Below are positions 37,311 to 48,685 of a DNA stretch of 64,000 bases, piece after piece. The DNA is from Perkinsus chesapeaki ATCC PRA-425 (Eukaryota; Protista; Perkinsozoa), in contig JAAPAO010000068.1 in NCBI GenBank assembly GCA_013115145.1, positions 1-64,000 of the forward strand, written 5' to 3'. The notes beneath the pieces are model-generated. The model was not told where the DNA came from and ran no database searches. It was given only the letters and a program-made list of their open reading frames with translations. Position numbers and translations under genes: made by a program. Position 1 is the stretch's first letter. Each line of letters starts with the position of its first letter.

Positions 37311-39588
37311 ATGTCCAGTGCACCATCGTCATCTTCCCCTGCCGAGGATCATAAACAGGAGCCCAACTCTAGGGAATCCCAGGAGTTCGAGACTCCTATT
37401 AGTACCCCTCCTGCTGCTGAGCAAGCCGATGATGTGGTAATAAAGTGCTGGTCGGGGCTATGCCATCACCACTGTTAATCAGGCTGCCGAGGAAGCCGAC
37501 ATTAAAAGCATGCTAGACAAAATGCACATCGCTCCCGCGCCTCCGAAGCCGGTAGGTTATCTTGGAATCGCTCGGAGAATAACGAGTGAATTCCGCAATG
37601 GCGAGATTGAAAAGATATTTGCTTTCAGCATAAGTTTTGGAACACACAGCCGGTGCCTCAGCTTGACGCAGATCCCGTATCCGAGGATGCTAGAGGTACT
37701 GGTCAGCTGACTGGTCGGGGATTGGTGAAGAGAGTTCTCATAGGTCCGATTGATGTGCCCAAGAAGGTCTCGGACATACCGAAGGAGCCCTACAACCTTC
37801 CAGCTGCCTTCGAATGGAGCAACATCGATGTTAATGATGCTGAACAAATCCAAGAGGTCTATACTCTTCTCAATGAGAACTATGTTGAAGACGACGAGGC
37901 TATGTTCAGGCAGGAGGGCCTTTGAGTGGATCGTTCCCTTCTCATGGGTTAGTTGCTCAGGTTTGACTACAGCCCAGAGTTCCTCCAGTGGGCGCTCACA
38001 CCGCCTCATTATGTCGCAGACTGGCACTTTGGCGTTAGAGTGAAGTCTAACGGAAAGGTAGCCCTTCTCGAAAGCTGAACTTTATAAACTATCAATCAGT
38101 TGGTCGGTTTCATCACCGGCATTCCCGCTACTATGAGAATCCGTGGCGACGAGATCAGGACAGCCGAAATCAATTTCCTTTGCGTGCATAAGAAGCTCAG
38201 GTGCGGCACAGTAGAGCATGCCCCCGTTCAGGCTATCCTTAGGTCCAAGCGCCTTGCTCCCGTCCTGATTAAGGAGATTACCCGCAGAGTTAATTTGACG
38301 GATCGGTGGCAGGTGATGTGGATACCAACGCATTATAAGCCAGTCTTGCATCTAGGCCGTGTACACTTCCGGAGCCATCTTGCCCCGGCCCATCACTACT
38401 GCTCGATATCATCACAGGTATCCCTGAAAAATCAGACATTTAGTATCTTAAAGTGTAGGTCGTTGAATCCAAAGAAGCTATGCGAGGTTGGCTTCACTAG
38501 GCTGGCCCCTCGGATGACTATGGCGCGGTGCATCAAGCTCTATAAGGTACGGGCTCGTGATGGGAACAGGAGGGGGAATGTGTGACTGACAGGTTCCGGA
38601 TCATCCTAGCACCTCAGGTCTGAGGCCGATGGAAATGAAGGATAGGAAGCAGGTTACTAAGTTACTTAACGAGTAGTCTTTCGGGGAGGGGATGGCTGGT
38701 GAGGATGGCAACTGACATTCCAGGTATCTGTCCAAGTTTAAAGCGCATCCGATTCTCTCCCAGCATGACGTTGGCCATTGGCTCTTGCCTCGAGAAAATG
38801 TCATACAGACTTATGTAAGATCGCACGGAAATCCGACTCGGTGCGCTGACCTCCAACGGCGATGGAGATTTGGCATATGGAGGTCAGCAATTTTTTCATG
38901 AAAAGAAGCGCCTTGTTGACAGATGTATGAGGGCTGTGCTCGGCCATCTTCGGGGAGCCGAGGTCCTGCGCAGAAAAATTCATCGGAGGCTTAGTGCCTT
39001 GCGGCGAATATTTGAGCGTTGGCCCTTAGACAGGGGTGATCTGATCACACTGTACCCATCAGGTCCGCGAGGAAAATGGTAAAATCACTGATTTCCTGTC
39101 TTTCTATTCCTTACCAAGCTCCGTCCTCGGAAACGACAAGCACAAGTGGGTTCCTGTTGTTCGCTTCCACGCCAGTGACTGCCATCAGGACCCTTTACGC
39201 AGCGTACTCCTACTACAACGTGGCCACGACGGTCAGCTTGAAGCAGCTCATGTCGGACGCGCTTGTGCTGGTAGGCTTGTCCGGTCCTTCGATCGGTCGG
39301 GTGGCATTTTCGAAATTGTCAGGCTAAGCAGGAAGGCTTCGATGTCTTCAACGCGTTGAACCTCATGGACAACAACGAGTTTTTAGAGGTACTACCAACG
39401 GGGGATCTCAGGCGGCAATTTCGTGGCGCGCGGTTTAGGATTTGAAATTCGGTCGGGGCGATGGTGACCTCCAGTACTACCTTTACAACTGGAAGTGCCC
39501 CTTCATGGAGCCCAAGGACATGGGTCTGGTAATATGATTCGTTGCTTCGCTCCGCCTTTAATTGTTGATTCCTCAGGTGCTTTTGTAA
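37311..39588 (+). CDS. NMT: Glycylpeptide N-tetradecanoyltransferase (N-myristoyltransferase)
   Basis: [70 protein letters not shown] and [16 protein letters not shown]...GLVLL* across about 15 exons. Confidence 0.97.
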
Positions 39589-39738
39589 ATGACTCAGAGT
39601 TATCGTTACTGTGCGTTCGATCCTACCGAAATTGGTACAATACTACAGATAGTTTCCATCAGCCTTCCTCGTGAACTTGCGCATGCGTGCAAAGATTCAC
39701 ACGATGGCAGTTTCTTTTCCGGGTGAATCCTTTTATAA

Positions 39739-40144
39739 ATGGGTGCAGTAGTGTCTCGTATGTCCGGCTTCCTGGAGGAGCATCCCAAGCTCAAGGTTGC
39801 CAAGAATAGACTTACCAAGGTGCGTTTCCGTCCCATCAGCAGTTGGCCTTGTTTAATAGCCTTTTGCTTGGCAGTTGACTTCTAATGCGCGATGGCTGGG
39901 AGGCAATGTGATCTGGACAGCGGTCGTCTCCGCGATTGTGTTGGCTGTCCCCGTGTTCTTCGAGTAGGTCCAGAGTGATGTTGTTTTCCCTACTTGGCAT
40001 TTAACAGGTACGAACGGGAATGCCAGTTCTTCGACCAGATGAACCAGTTGCAGCAAGCACAGATGAACGTAAGCCGCCGGTTGCCGTGGTGCTGGTGTGG
40101 CGTGGGATTTCCTGTGGTGTTAGGCAGCAGCATCGAGCGCGTAG
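39739..40144 (+). CDS. TOM22: Mitochondrial import receptor Tom22 (short alveolate type)
   Basis: Four exons give MGAVVSRMSGFLEEHPKLKVAKNRLTKPFAWQLTSNARWLGGNVIWTAVVSAIVLAVPVFFEYERECQFFDQMNQLQQAQMNAAASSA*. The W..TM..P..F.YE.E pattern is that of apicomplexan Tom22. Confidence 0.8.
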
Positions 40145-40299
40145 AGGAAGCGTATAATGATGATACAATTTATAGATGATAATGATGAGGCGTCCCTTAC
40201 CACAAACAAACACAAAAGCCGACATCTTTTCAGTTAAACTAGTATGATTGTTATTTGTATAGTCACAGGCCGGGATAAAGTGCTTAATAGAGTTCCCTA

Positions 40300-43200
40300 A
40301 TGTCCCAGGGCCACAGGGTCACAGGGTCAGCATCCTCGAGTGGATTTCGTCACTTCAGAGCTGGCGAGCCAATAGACGAGCGGGAGGCTGCCCGTAATAC
40401 CGGGAGGAGGGATTGGCTGGGCTCGTGTATCATTACTAGTGTCAGCACGCCTATCAGAACGATGCCTTGTATTATTGGCATCCTATTGGCCTCGTTCATT
40501 TTCAAATCGCATCTAACCCAGACATATAAGTTGGAATATGGTAGACGGATGGACTGGCGGAGCTACTGACAATCGACCGTCTTTCCAATTGTGTTCCTCT
40601 TCCCGCCTTCACTGCTTGCTGTTCTACTTCAACTGGATGGACTGGCGGAGCTACTGACAATCGACTCTCCCTCCGATTGTGTTCCTCTTCCCGCCTTCAC
40701 TGCTTGCTGTTCTACTTCAACTGGATGGACTGGCGGAGCTACTGACAATCGACCCTCCCTCCGATTGTGTTCCTCTTCCCGCCTTCACTGCTTGCTGTTC
40801 TACTTCAACTAACGTTCTTCATTGCACTGATGTGTCAGGCACGTGGGAATCGCTTAAGTCGGCAATACAACAGATCCACAGTCACAATGCAAGCCATTTG
40901 TCATTCGAAGAGCTCTACCGCAACGGGTAGCGTCGTCCTTTGCTCCCTCCGCACTATCCCTGAGAGTTAGGTATAATCTTGTTCTACATAAATATGGGTT
41001 GAAGCTATATAAAGGCGTGGAGGAGACGGTGGCCCAGCACTTGATGGAAGTCTCGAAACGGTGTATGGAAAGTACTAATCTGGGAACGGCGAAATGTAAC
41101 ATTTAGTCGAGTCGTCGAGAGGAAAACTCACTGGAAGCACGTTACTTTCGGACGATCGACGTTAGTGCAGCGACGAATCGTCATCGTCGCCGACGATGAC
41201 AAGTATAATACGAAATTTCTACAGTCAAAAAGTGGGACATTCCCACTTTTTCCCTCTGGGAGCCAAATGCCCTTCGTGGGGAGAAATTCGGCAACTCTGG
41301 ACGATCGTTTATTCCACTCGCGCTGGCAGCCTCGCTTGTGAGATCGTACCAATGAAGCCATCCATTTTTCATTAGTAGTGAAATCGAGAGTATATGATAT
41401 GCACACTTTGGAAGCTATTAGTGTAGTATTGGTTACATGCTAGCCAATACCACTATAATAGGGAAGGACGGAAGCGGCAGAACCGTAGAATTGCTACCGT
41501 CGTGGTGTGGTTGGCGTATAGTGAATCTGGCACGTGTGAAGAGTGTGAATTCCAGTCTCATCTAGAATTGATAATTTGTTATCTTACGAAATGGTCTATT
41601 ATTTCTTGATAAAGCTAAAGCCTGATATCAGTACACCAACTGTACATGCCATCCCAGGCCTCGTTCAGCTATTCATTTCTCAGGCACTGATGACGAGCTA
41701 CTCAAGCGTTTAAAGGAGGAGTGGGAGGATCATAAGATGACTATGGGCATGATCAGGGATATCCTCATGTACTGTCATGCGTTATTGAGCCTTCATCTAT
41801 TTCATAGTCACTACCATTATCAATCACTACTATTATTAGGTACATGGACCGTAACTATGTAAAGCAGCACCCACAGCAGTGTGTACCAGTGTACGACATG
41901 GGGCTCCGGGTAGGACGCCGACAGACGTTTGCTCTGCCGTTCGTGTTAAATTTCCGTTCCCTCAGTTGTTCCGAGATCTTGTCATTGGTCATCCTAGAGT
42001 TCGACAGAGAGCTATCGAACTGGTGGGTTTCCGTTGGCCACACGGTCTTCTTAGGCGTTGCTTAGATACTCGGGGAACTCCGTCGAGAACTGTACGGTGA
42101 TACGGTCAGTGATCCGCAGCTTATACGGAGCATACTGTTAATGCTGGTGGAGCTATCGACAATACAGACTTTACCGGAGCAAAGGGTGACCCCTGATTTG
42201 GGTAGAGGGAGATGTCCGGCGCCGGGATCGAACCTGGGTGCCTTTAGGTTATACAGGAGCCTTGTCTTCGCCAGTCTTGGTACAGAATGGAAATGGCAGC
42301 AACAGAGGGAGCGTCGCCAGCTCGGGAGAGGCTGGCAGTGTTGTGGACGGCAACAACGTTTACTACTCATGGTTCGAAATTAGTTATCTTAGGTTGATTC
42401 GTGATCTCTACACCGCCGAGGTAGGAAAATCGGAGCGGAGCGAAGCAGAATTGGAACGATGCATTCAGGCCAACGAGTATGTGGAGAACCATACAGTGGG
42501 GGAGTATCTTGAGAGAGCCGATAGTCGAATGAAGGAGGAAAAGAGGAGGGTGGATGTTTATATGGACAGAGGGCAGACAATGGCAAAAGTAGGAGGCCCC
42601 GGGGATCGAACCAGGGTCGCTTGAAGGACAGTCTGGAATTGGAATTTACTTTGTGAAGGGTTATATCATTTCCCTTCAGCTCTTTCGGATATCTCGCTCA
42701 CTTATACCCTATGTCTCCGGTTCCGCCTTCCCAGCGTGATTCGATGCGAAAGATTAGTCCCTGCGAGACATTAGGCTATACCCAGGCGCAGAAGCAATAG
42801 GTGCTGTATTCAGGTTCAAGAGGTTCTGGACTCGGTATGGATTGGGTACCATTATAAGTCGTTGATACAGAATGAACAGACCGGATGCAAAGCTATGTTC
42901 ACCGAGGGAAGGTGGGCCCCACACTGTGCCTCACTGCTGGAAGATTCCCATTCAGGGTATCCGATCTGCGTCTCATGTACACCCTGTTCTCTCGAACGTC
43001 CGAGGCCTTGACGGATATAGCAGCGGTTATGCAACAGTGTATCACTACGGCAAGTGAGTGTAGGCGAACACGCTGTCCTTTTTTATGGCTCGTGTTGCAG
43101 TCGTCGATCTCATCTCTGATGAGGCTGTGGCAAATGCGCCGGTCACATTCGTGGAGAAATTATTAGCGCTTCGGGAGAGGTAGGTTTTGGCGCGGTTATC

Positions 43201-45205
43201 TTAAAGATTGGCCGTGCCAGGTTCGAACGTATAGTTTCGCAGGCCTTTGGAAGCTCATTGGACTTCTCCAATCAAATGAAGGTCGCATTCGAGAAGTCGC
43301 TCAACAACGATCCTAAGTGCGCCCACTACCTCAGCATGTATCTCGACGAGCTGCTCAGAAAGAGGTGACGCCTGCCAAGAGAGAAACGACACAGCTTAGC
43401 TGTTTCAGGTTCAAAGACATGTCCGATCTAGACTTCCAGTCCTGCATCGACCAGGTCATCAGCGTCTTTCGGTATGACGTTGCTTCGCTCCGCTGTCTTT
43501 TTGTTAAATGTTTACCGGTTTGTTAGGTATCTTATTGACAAAGATGTCTTTGAGTCATACTACAGGTCTAGCTTATGTCGGCGGTTACTGAATTCCAAGT
43601 AAAAGGGCCATCTCTGGTCCATGTGCCATATTCTGCGAACACTTCGCCGCGGTTCGCAGCTCTTCGGTTTCCCAGTCTATGTTTTTGCTGATATATAACC
43701 GTCTCATCGATACATAGGTTCCCCCGTACCAGCGCTGTTCCTTCTGCTATAGCTCATTCTTTTCGGTCAGACCCTCAACCGCCAACATTGAAGAAGCGGA
43801 GAAGCTCGTCGTGAGTAAATTGAGAGCGGAGGTGAGCTCACCCTACTGGCCACTGTCATGATTCCCTCTCTTCAGTGTGGTCAGCAGTACACGTCGAAGC
43901 TCGAGGGTATGCTGAGGGATGTAAGCTTAAGCCAGGTGAGCCGTATTTGCTGTTTCACAGTTCACTTACCATCAATTAGGATATCAGTCGGAGCTACAGT
44001 CAATCCTCAAGAGCGAGCTCACAGGACTGTGAGATCGATGTTAAGGTAAGATTTATCCTGTCCGCAGGTTGCCGCTTATATTACTTATATCAGGTTTGCA
44101 CCTCTGGTTTCTGGCCGACACGCTCTCCTCCAAAATGCGACATCCCAATCGAGATGAAAGTCATGATTGATCGGTGAGCTCGCACTGGCCATTTGCTCGT
44201 TCATCTTTCCGACGCCTCTCTACAGGTTCGAGACCTTCTACTTGTCGAAACATAGCGGTCGCAAACTAACCTGGATGTTCAACTACGGGACTGGTAAGTG
44301 TACATCACGGGTCGTATTATTGACCCTTCCCTCCAGCCGATGTCCGCAGCAGAGCAGGTCGCACCCCACATGTCCTCACCGTTAGCACTTATCAAGCAAT
44401 GATTCTGCTGCTCTTCAACTCTTCCGAGGCCCTCAGGTAAAGGTATACAGAATTTAACCGTAAATAGGATGCTTGATATCAGTTTCGAGCGTATACGGTC
44501 CTCACTCAACTGTGGGAGAGGCGATGACCATGGCAATGATGAGAAGTCTGAGCAGGAGGATGATGTCGAGATTAAGCGCCATCTGATGAGCCTGTACGTG
44601 AACCCTCGAGTGAGGTGAGATGTGGCTTTGTCCATCGTGAATGAATTCATTTTTATAGGGTCCTCTTACGGGAAAGTTGTCGCGACTCTAAGGAGCCTGC
44701 CAATGGTGACATCTTCCGCGTCAACTCGGAGTTCGAGCACCGTGTCCGCAACGTTCGCGTGCCCCTTATAGCGTTACCCAGCATTTCTGTTAATAGAGGT
44801 GAGTTGTGACCCGAGCCCGGAATCTACTCACTCCAACCGGGCCTCTTTAGGATCCAGTGGGAGCGGCGGAAGCGAAGTCCCTCAAGCAGTAGAAGAGGAT
44901 CGAAAGCATCTTGTAGAGGCAGTGTTGGTATGATAGTGTAGCTGTCAGTTGTGCGATTATTATTTTCCAGGTGCGCATCATGAAGAGCCGGAAACAGCTG
45001 GATCACAATTCACTTGTCGTGGAAGCAACTAAACTGTTGGCTCCACGGTATGATCCTGGCTCCATGTGGCGCATGTGTTTTAGATGGTGTCTTCAGGTTC
45101 CAGCCGTCACCGCAGCTCATTAAACAGCGCATTGAGCATTTGATAGAACGAGAGTTCCTCGAGCGCTGTCCGCATGACCATAAGACGTACAACTACTTAG
45201 CCTGA
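40300..45205 (+). CDS. CUL3: Cullin, cullin-3-like
   Basis: [89 protein letters not shown] and neddylation-domain VRIMKSRK...[15 protein letters not shown]...YNYLA*. Confidence 0.95.
40547..40810. repeat. 88-bp tandem repeat, 3 copies, in cullin intron 1
   Basis: ggatggactggcggagctactgacaatcgac... starts at 40547, 40635 and 40723. Confidence 0.95.
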
Positions 45206-45429
45206 TGCTTCCCCCTTTATTTAATATGCACAGCGAAGCCAGATGTAAATAGTGGGGATGTCAAACCGCAATATTTTATCACTGCAATTACCAAGCTTTG
45301 TGTTGTCAGTTTTCCGCATCACCATAATACGCGTGAAGTGTTTCTCTCCCGTTGACTCCCGTATTAACCCAACAACAGTGGCGAATAAGAAATTCTATCG
45401 ATTTGGTCCTGGTGGCAACTGCACATGTT

Positions 45430-48400
45430 CACCAGTTGTCGCTTGTCCGAATAACCTATCGATAGTATGCCTACTGGAGGCAGTCAACGCTCACTCTTTT
45501 AAAGCCTCTATACTGTTGGCGAGTTGCTCCTCGACTTGGTGGCCGAAAGCATCAAGAGAGGAACGCATATCAGCGACAGCGGGTGCAGGCAGTACGCCAA
45601 GAAGTGAACCTCATACTTCAATCTCCGCACTGTGTGGAGTAAGTCTCTTACCTGGATTGCTCCGTCGAACCCCCAGTAGCCGTCGACGCCTGAGGGCATG
45701 AGATCTGAAAGATGCCATTAAATGGGGCTACATGTCCTCGACGTTTTCAATATCAACCTCGGCCTTCCACAGCAGTTGGTCCAACTCACGTTGACGACGA
45801 GTCATATTTTCGGTCGTCTGCACGCCGCCTGCGAATACATCTGAAGAGCAGACCAACAATCACAAGCTTCCGATGGAAAACTGTGGCTCACGTTCCAGAT
45901 ACATGAGGTCCGAGCTGACCCTATCGAGGATCTTCAGAACCTGGAAAGCCAGTCACTCAAGAGTGTGGAGTGATGAAATACATCCTCGGCGAGTTCCACG
46001 GCACGACAGGCTTCCATCTCATCGTCCTCAACCTCTGTTATTTCGGAGAGCAAAGATGCATATCTAGAGTGTGAAGGGGAATGGGCGATACAGTAGCGAT
46101 GGTACGCTGGGCCAGTGCCTGCAGCTAATGACCAGTCAACGCCAGTAATGGGATCCACGCCATCCAACTTGCGCACAACCTCAGTTCCTGCAGAAAGTTC
46201 CAATTGCCACCATGGCGATAGCGGGGCATACCTCTGGTTTCGAGGACCTGGTCCAGCTCTAATTTAGTGTACTTAAGCCGCTCACGTAGGCGGTCCAATT
46301 TCTTTCGAAGGTGCGGGGGAGAAGTGCCTGTAAGGGGCCGACTGAGATACGAATTTTCCGCGACAAACGCATCGTCCAGTAGAGAGGCGTAAAAATGTAA
46401 AAATATTGTGATACATATCATGTGTGTTCAATATTATACTGTAGTTAAAACTTGAACGCTTTAACGAAGTCCTCTCGACCGGGGGCTCTTACTTGGGGAA
46501 ACCTTCACACAGTCGTCAAGGCCTACAGTCCCTCGTTCTTTAACTTCCGCAAGCTCAAGCAACTGATTTGCACAATGGAGGAGGGATAGCCCAGAAACAT
46601 CATACCTTCACACGCACGTTCTTTTCCTTCACCGCCTTCTGGAATCTCCTCGAGTGTGCGAGCAATTGCTCCTTCGATATTGTACCTGCTTCTATGCTTC
46701 TATGAGCTTGTAGCCTTCGCTGGAATCTTTACGGTTGCGCTGGGCGCAGAGGAGAGCTTTCAGGCCGGTGAGCCACGCATCGTATCTGCCACCATCATCA
46801 GGATGAGCCCTTGCGGATGGTCCTACTCGAATTCGTCCTTGCACGTGATGTCTAGGGCACTAGTCTCCCCTTCGGGCACTTTATATATAAGAGAGAACGA
46901 CAGGTGCTCCAGCATCGGCAGCCGGTACCTCAAGAAGCGGGGAGCCTCTAAAACCGCTGGAGACTTTACTTGGCGAAAGTGGAGGTCTGCTGACCGAGTC
47001 TAAGCTCGCATACGTCCGACAGGTTTATCATGCACTCCTTCCGGTCAAGCCCAGCTGAATACCTGAGCCGATGCTCTCGATATTTAGGCATTGACAGTCG
47101 AACCATAATATCCTCTTGTGGTCGTTGGAGAGCTGAAACTGGCGTAGATGCGGGTGTCCGGAATTCCCGTGCTTCAAGAGATTGGTACCGAGCCGCATTC
47201 TGAAACGATCCCACTGTTACCAGTGGGAATATGTCCACGGTTGTGACCCGACATCGTAAGAGGTCGGTGATGTTACTAATATACAGACGGCAACAGAATT
47301 TTCGCATTGCGATATCAGGAGGAGTTGGTTCCGTTGAGTGTATGGGAATCCACGCTAGGAACTGCATCAGTTAAGCGAACGCAGAGCGTAGGGGCGCGGC
47401 GAGGGTACCGATGCAGCGCTTTAGTGGCCTCAATGTGCTTCAGAGGGTCGATCGGAACCTTCAGCCTTCTCCACTTCTCTTCGCCTAGTGAACCAGTAGA
47501 GCCATGGTGAGCGCAGCCACGCTCTCACACTTGTTCGCTCATCCCCGTTACGGCCAGCTGTAAGCCGTTCTCCGACTAGAAGGTCGTAATGCGCTCCTCG
47601 ACGCAGCAGGGGGAGATCCTCATAGGAGTCGAGGTCGATGATAGTCCCTTCAGCGAGACCTCAAAAGGGCGGCACCGAGTATCGCACCTTTTCTGCGCGA
47701 GCGCAGCTTGAACACTTTATCAGTATCATCGGTTATACTGCCAACCGCTGCCAATATGCATTCACGAACATCCTCGGGAGAAGACACATCCGAGAACCAT
47801 CCAACAGCATGCCGGCCATGGCTGAGCAAAGCCCACTCGTCCACCCGATGCGTGGCCGACTATTGATACTCCGAGTGGACGTAGATCCGCATTCTCGTAG
47901 CCTCTTGATCCTCCAAGTCGAACTCAGTGAGCACCGGTGCGCATGCCTAAACCTTAAAGCTCAGAGTTTCCGTCTTGTGCTGCCATTCTACCCTTATTTC
48001 CTGCAAGTCCTCAGACATCACCGATTCTGACCCTGGGGAGCCTGAGCTCGGCGTTGAGGCCGTTTGGACGGTCGATAAAGGGCCAGCATCTTCGATCTGG
48101 TCTAGCGTAGACGCCAAAGGGGATTTTATAATTTTACCGCTTTTTCAATCAGTTCTTCCAGGCCGGGAAGCTCTCTTGTGAGCTCTGGAATGGTCGGACT
48201 CCGCGTGGCGGTGTTTTCTGGTATATTGGTGCCTTCGGAGTTCCCAAAGTGCGTCTCGTCCGTCCTTTCTAGGTGGACCTTTTCTCCGTTTAAAGTCGGA
48301 TCTGCTTCATCCAAATTAACAGCTCACCCCTCACATTAGCTGTCGGACCATCTGGTGCACTAAATCCCACTGGTTGACTCGCAGTAGCTCTTTGAAAGTC

Positions 48401-48484
48401 CTGCCAGGCGTCATCTTGCCCCTCCGCGGTTTCAACGCCCATTAGCGGCCGATGCTGATTTCCCACGCGTGAATTTACTAACAC
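45430..48484 (-). CDS. Large hypothetical multi-exon protein with a coiled coil and a hydrophobic C-terminal segment
   Basis: A series of spliceable ORFs (MLVNSRVGNQ..., HGRHAVGWFSDVSSPEDVRECIL, RKKLDRLRERLKYTKLELDQVLE, FLAYCLHPLSLICVPLLML). Function not recognised. Confidence 0.5.
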
Positions 48485-48685
48485 AAAGCATTAAAGCATG
48501 GATGCATGTTCGTAACCAGTGCGATCTCATAACAACCAAAATCAACAAAGGCTATCAACGAACAAGCTTCAGTTGATGGCAGACCAGCGGCGAAGTGACC
48601 AAATCAGATCCTCCTCGGCATCGCTGCGCCAAGTTTATTAAAATCCCGCATAACGTGTACGGCGAGATAAGCTATAATATCAAAT

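Noticed and set aside
39606-39836. Minus-strand ORF with a PGAM-like LPSCESL and a lipoprotein-like leader
   Set aside because: There is no catalytic RHG motif, and it overlaps the much better supported Tom22 start on the opposite strand.
40591-40970. Three ORFs starting [15 protein letters not shown]
   Set aside because: These are artefacts of the 88-bp intronic repeat shifting frame with each copy.
43210-43230. Additional B-box-like ggttcgaac
   Set aside because: It lies in a cullin coding exon (RARFER) and lacks the terminal CC.
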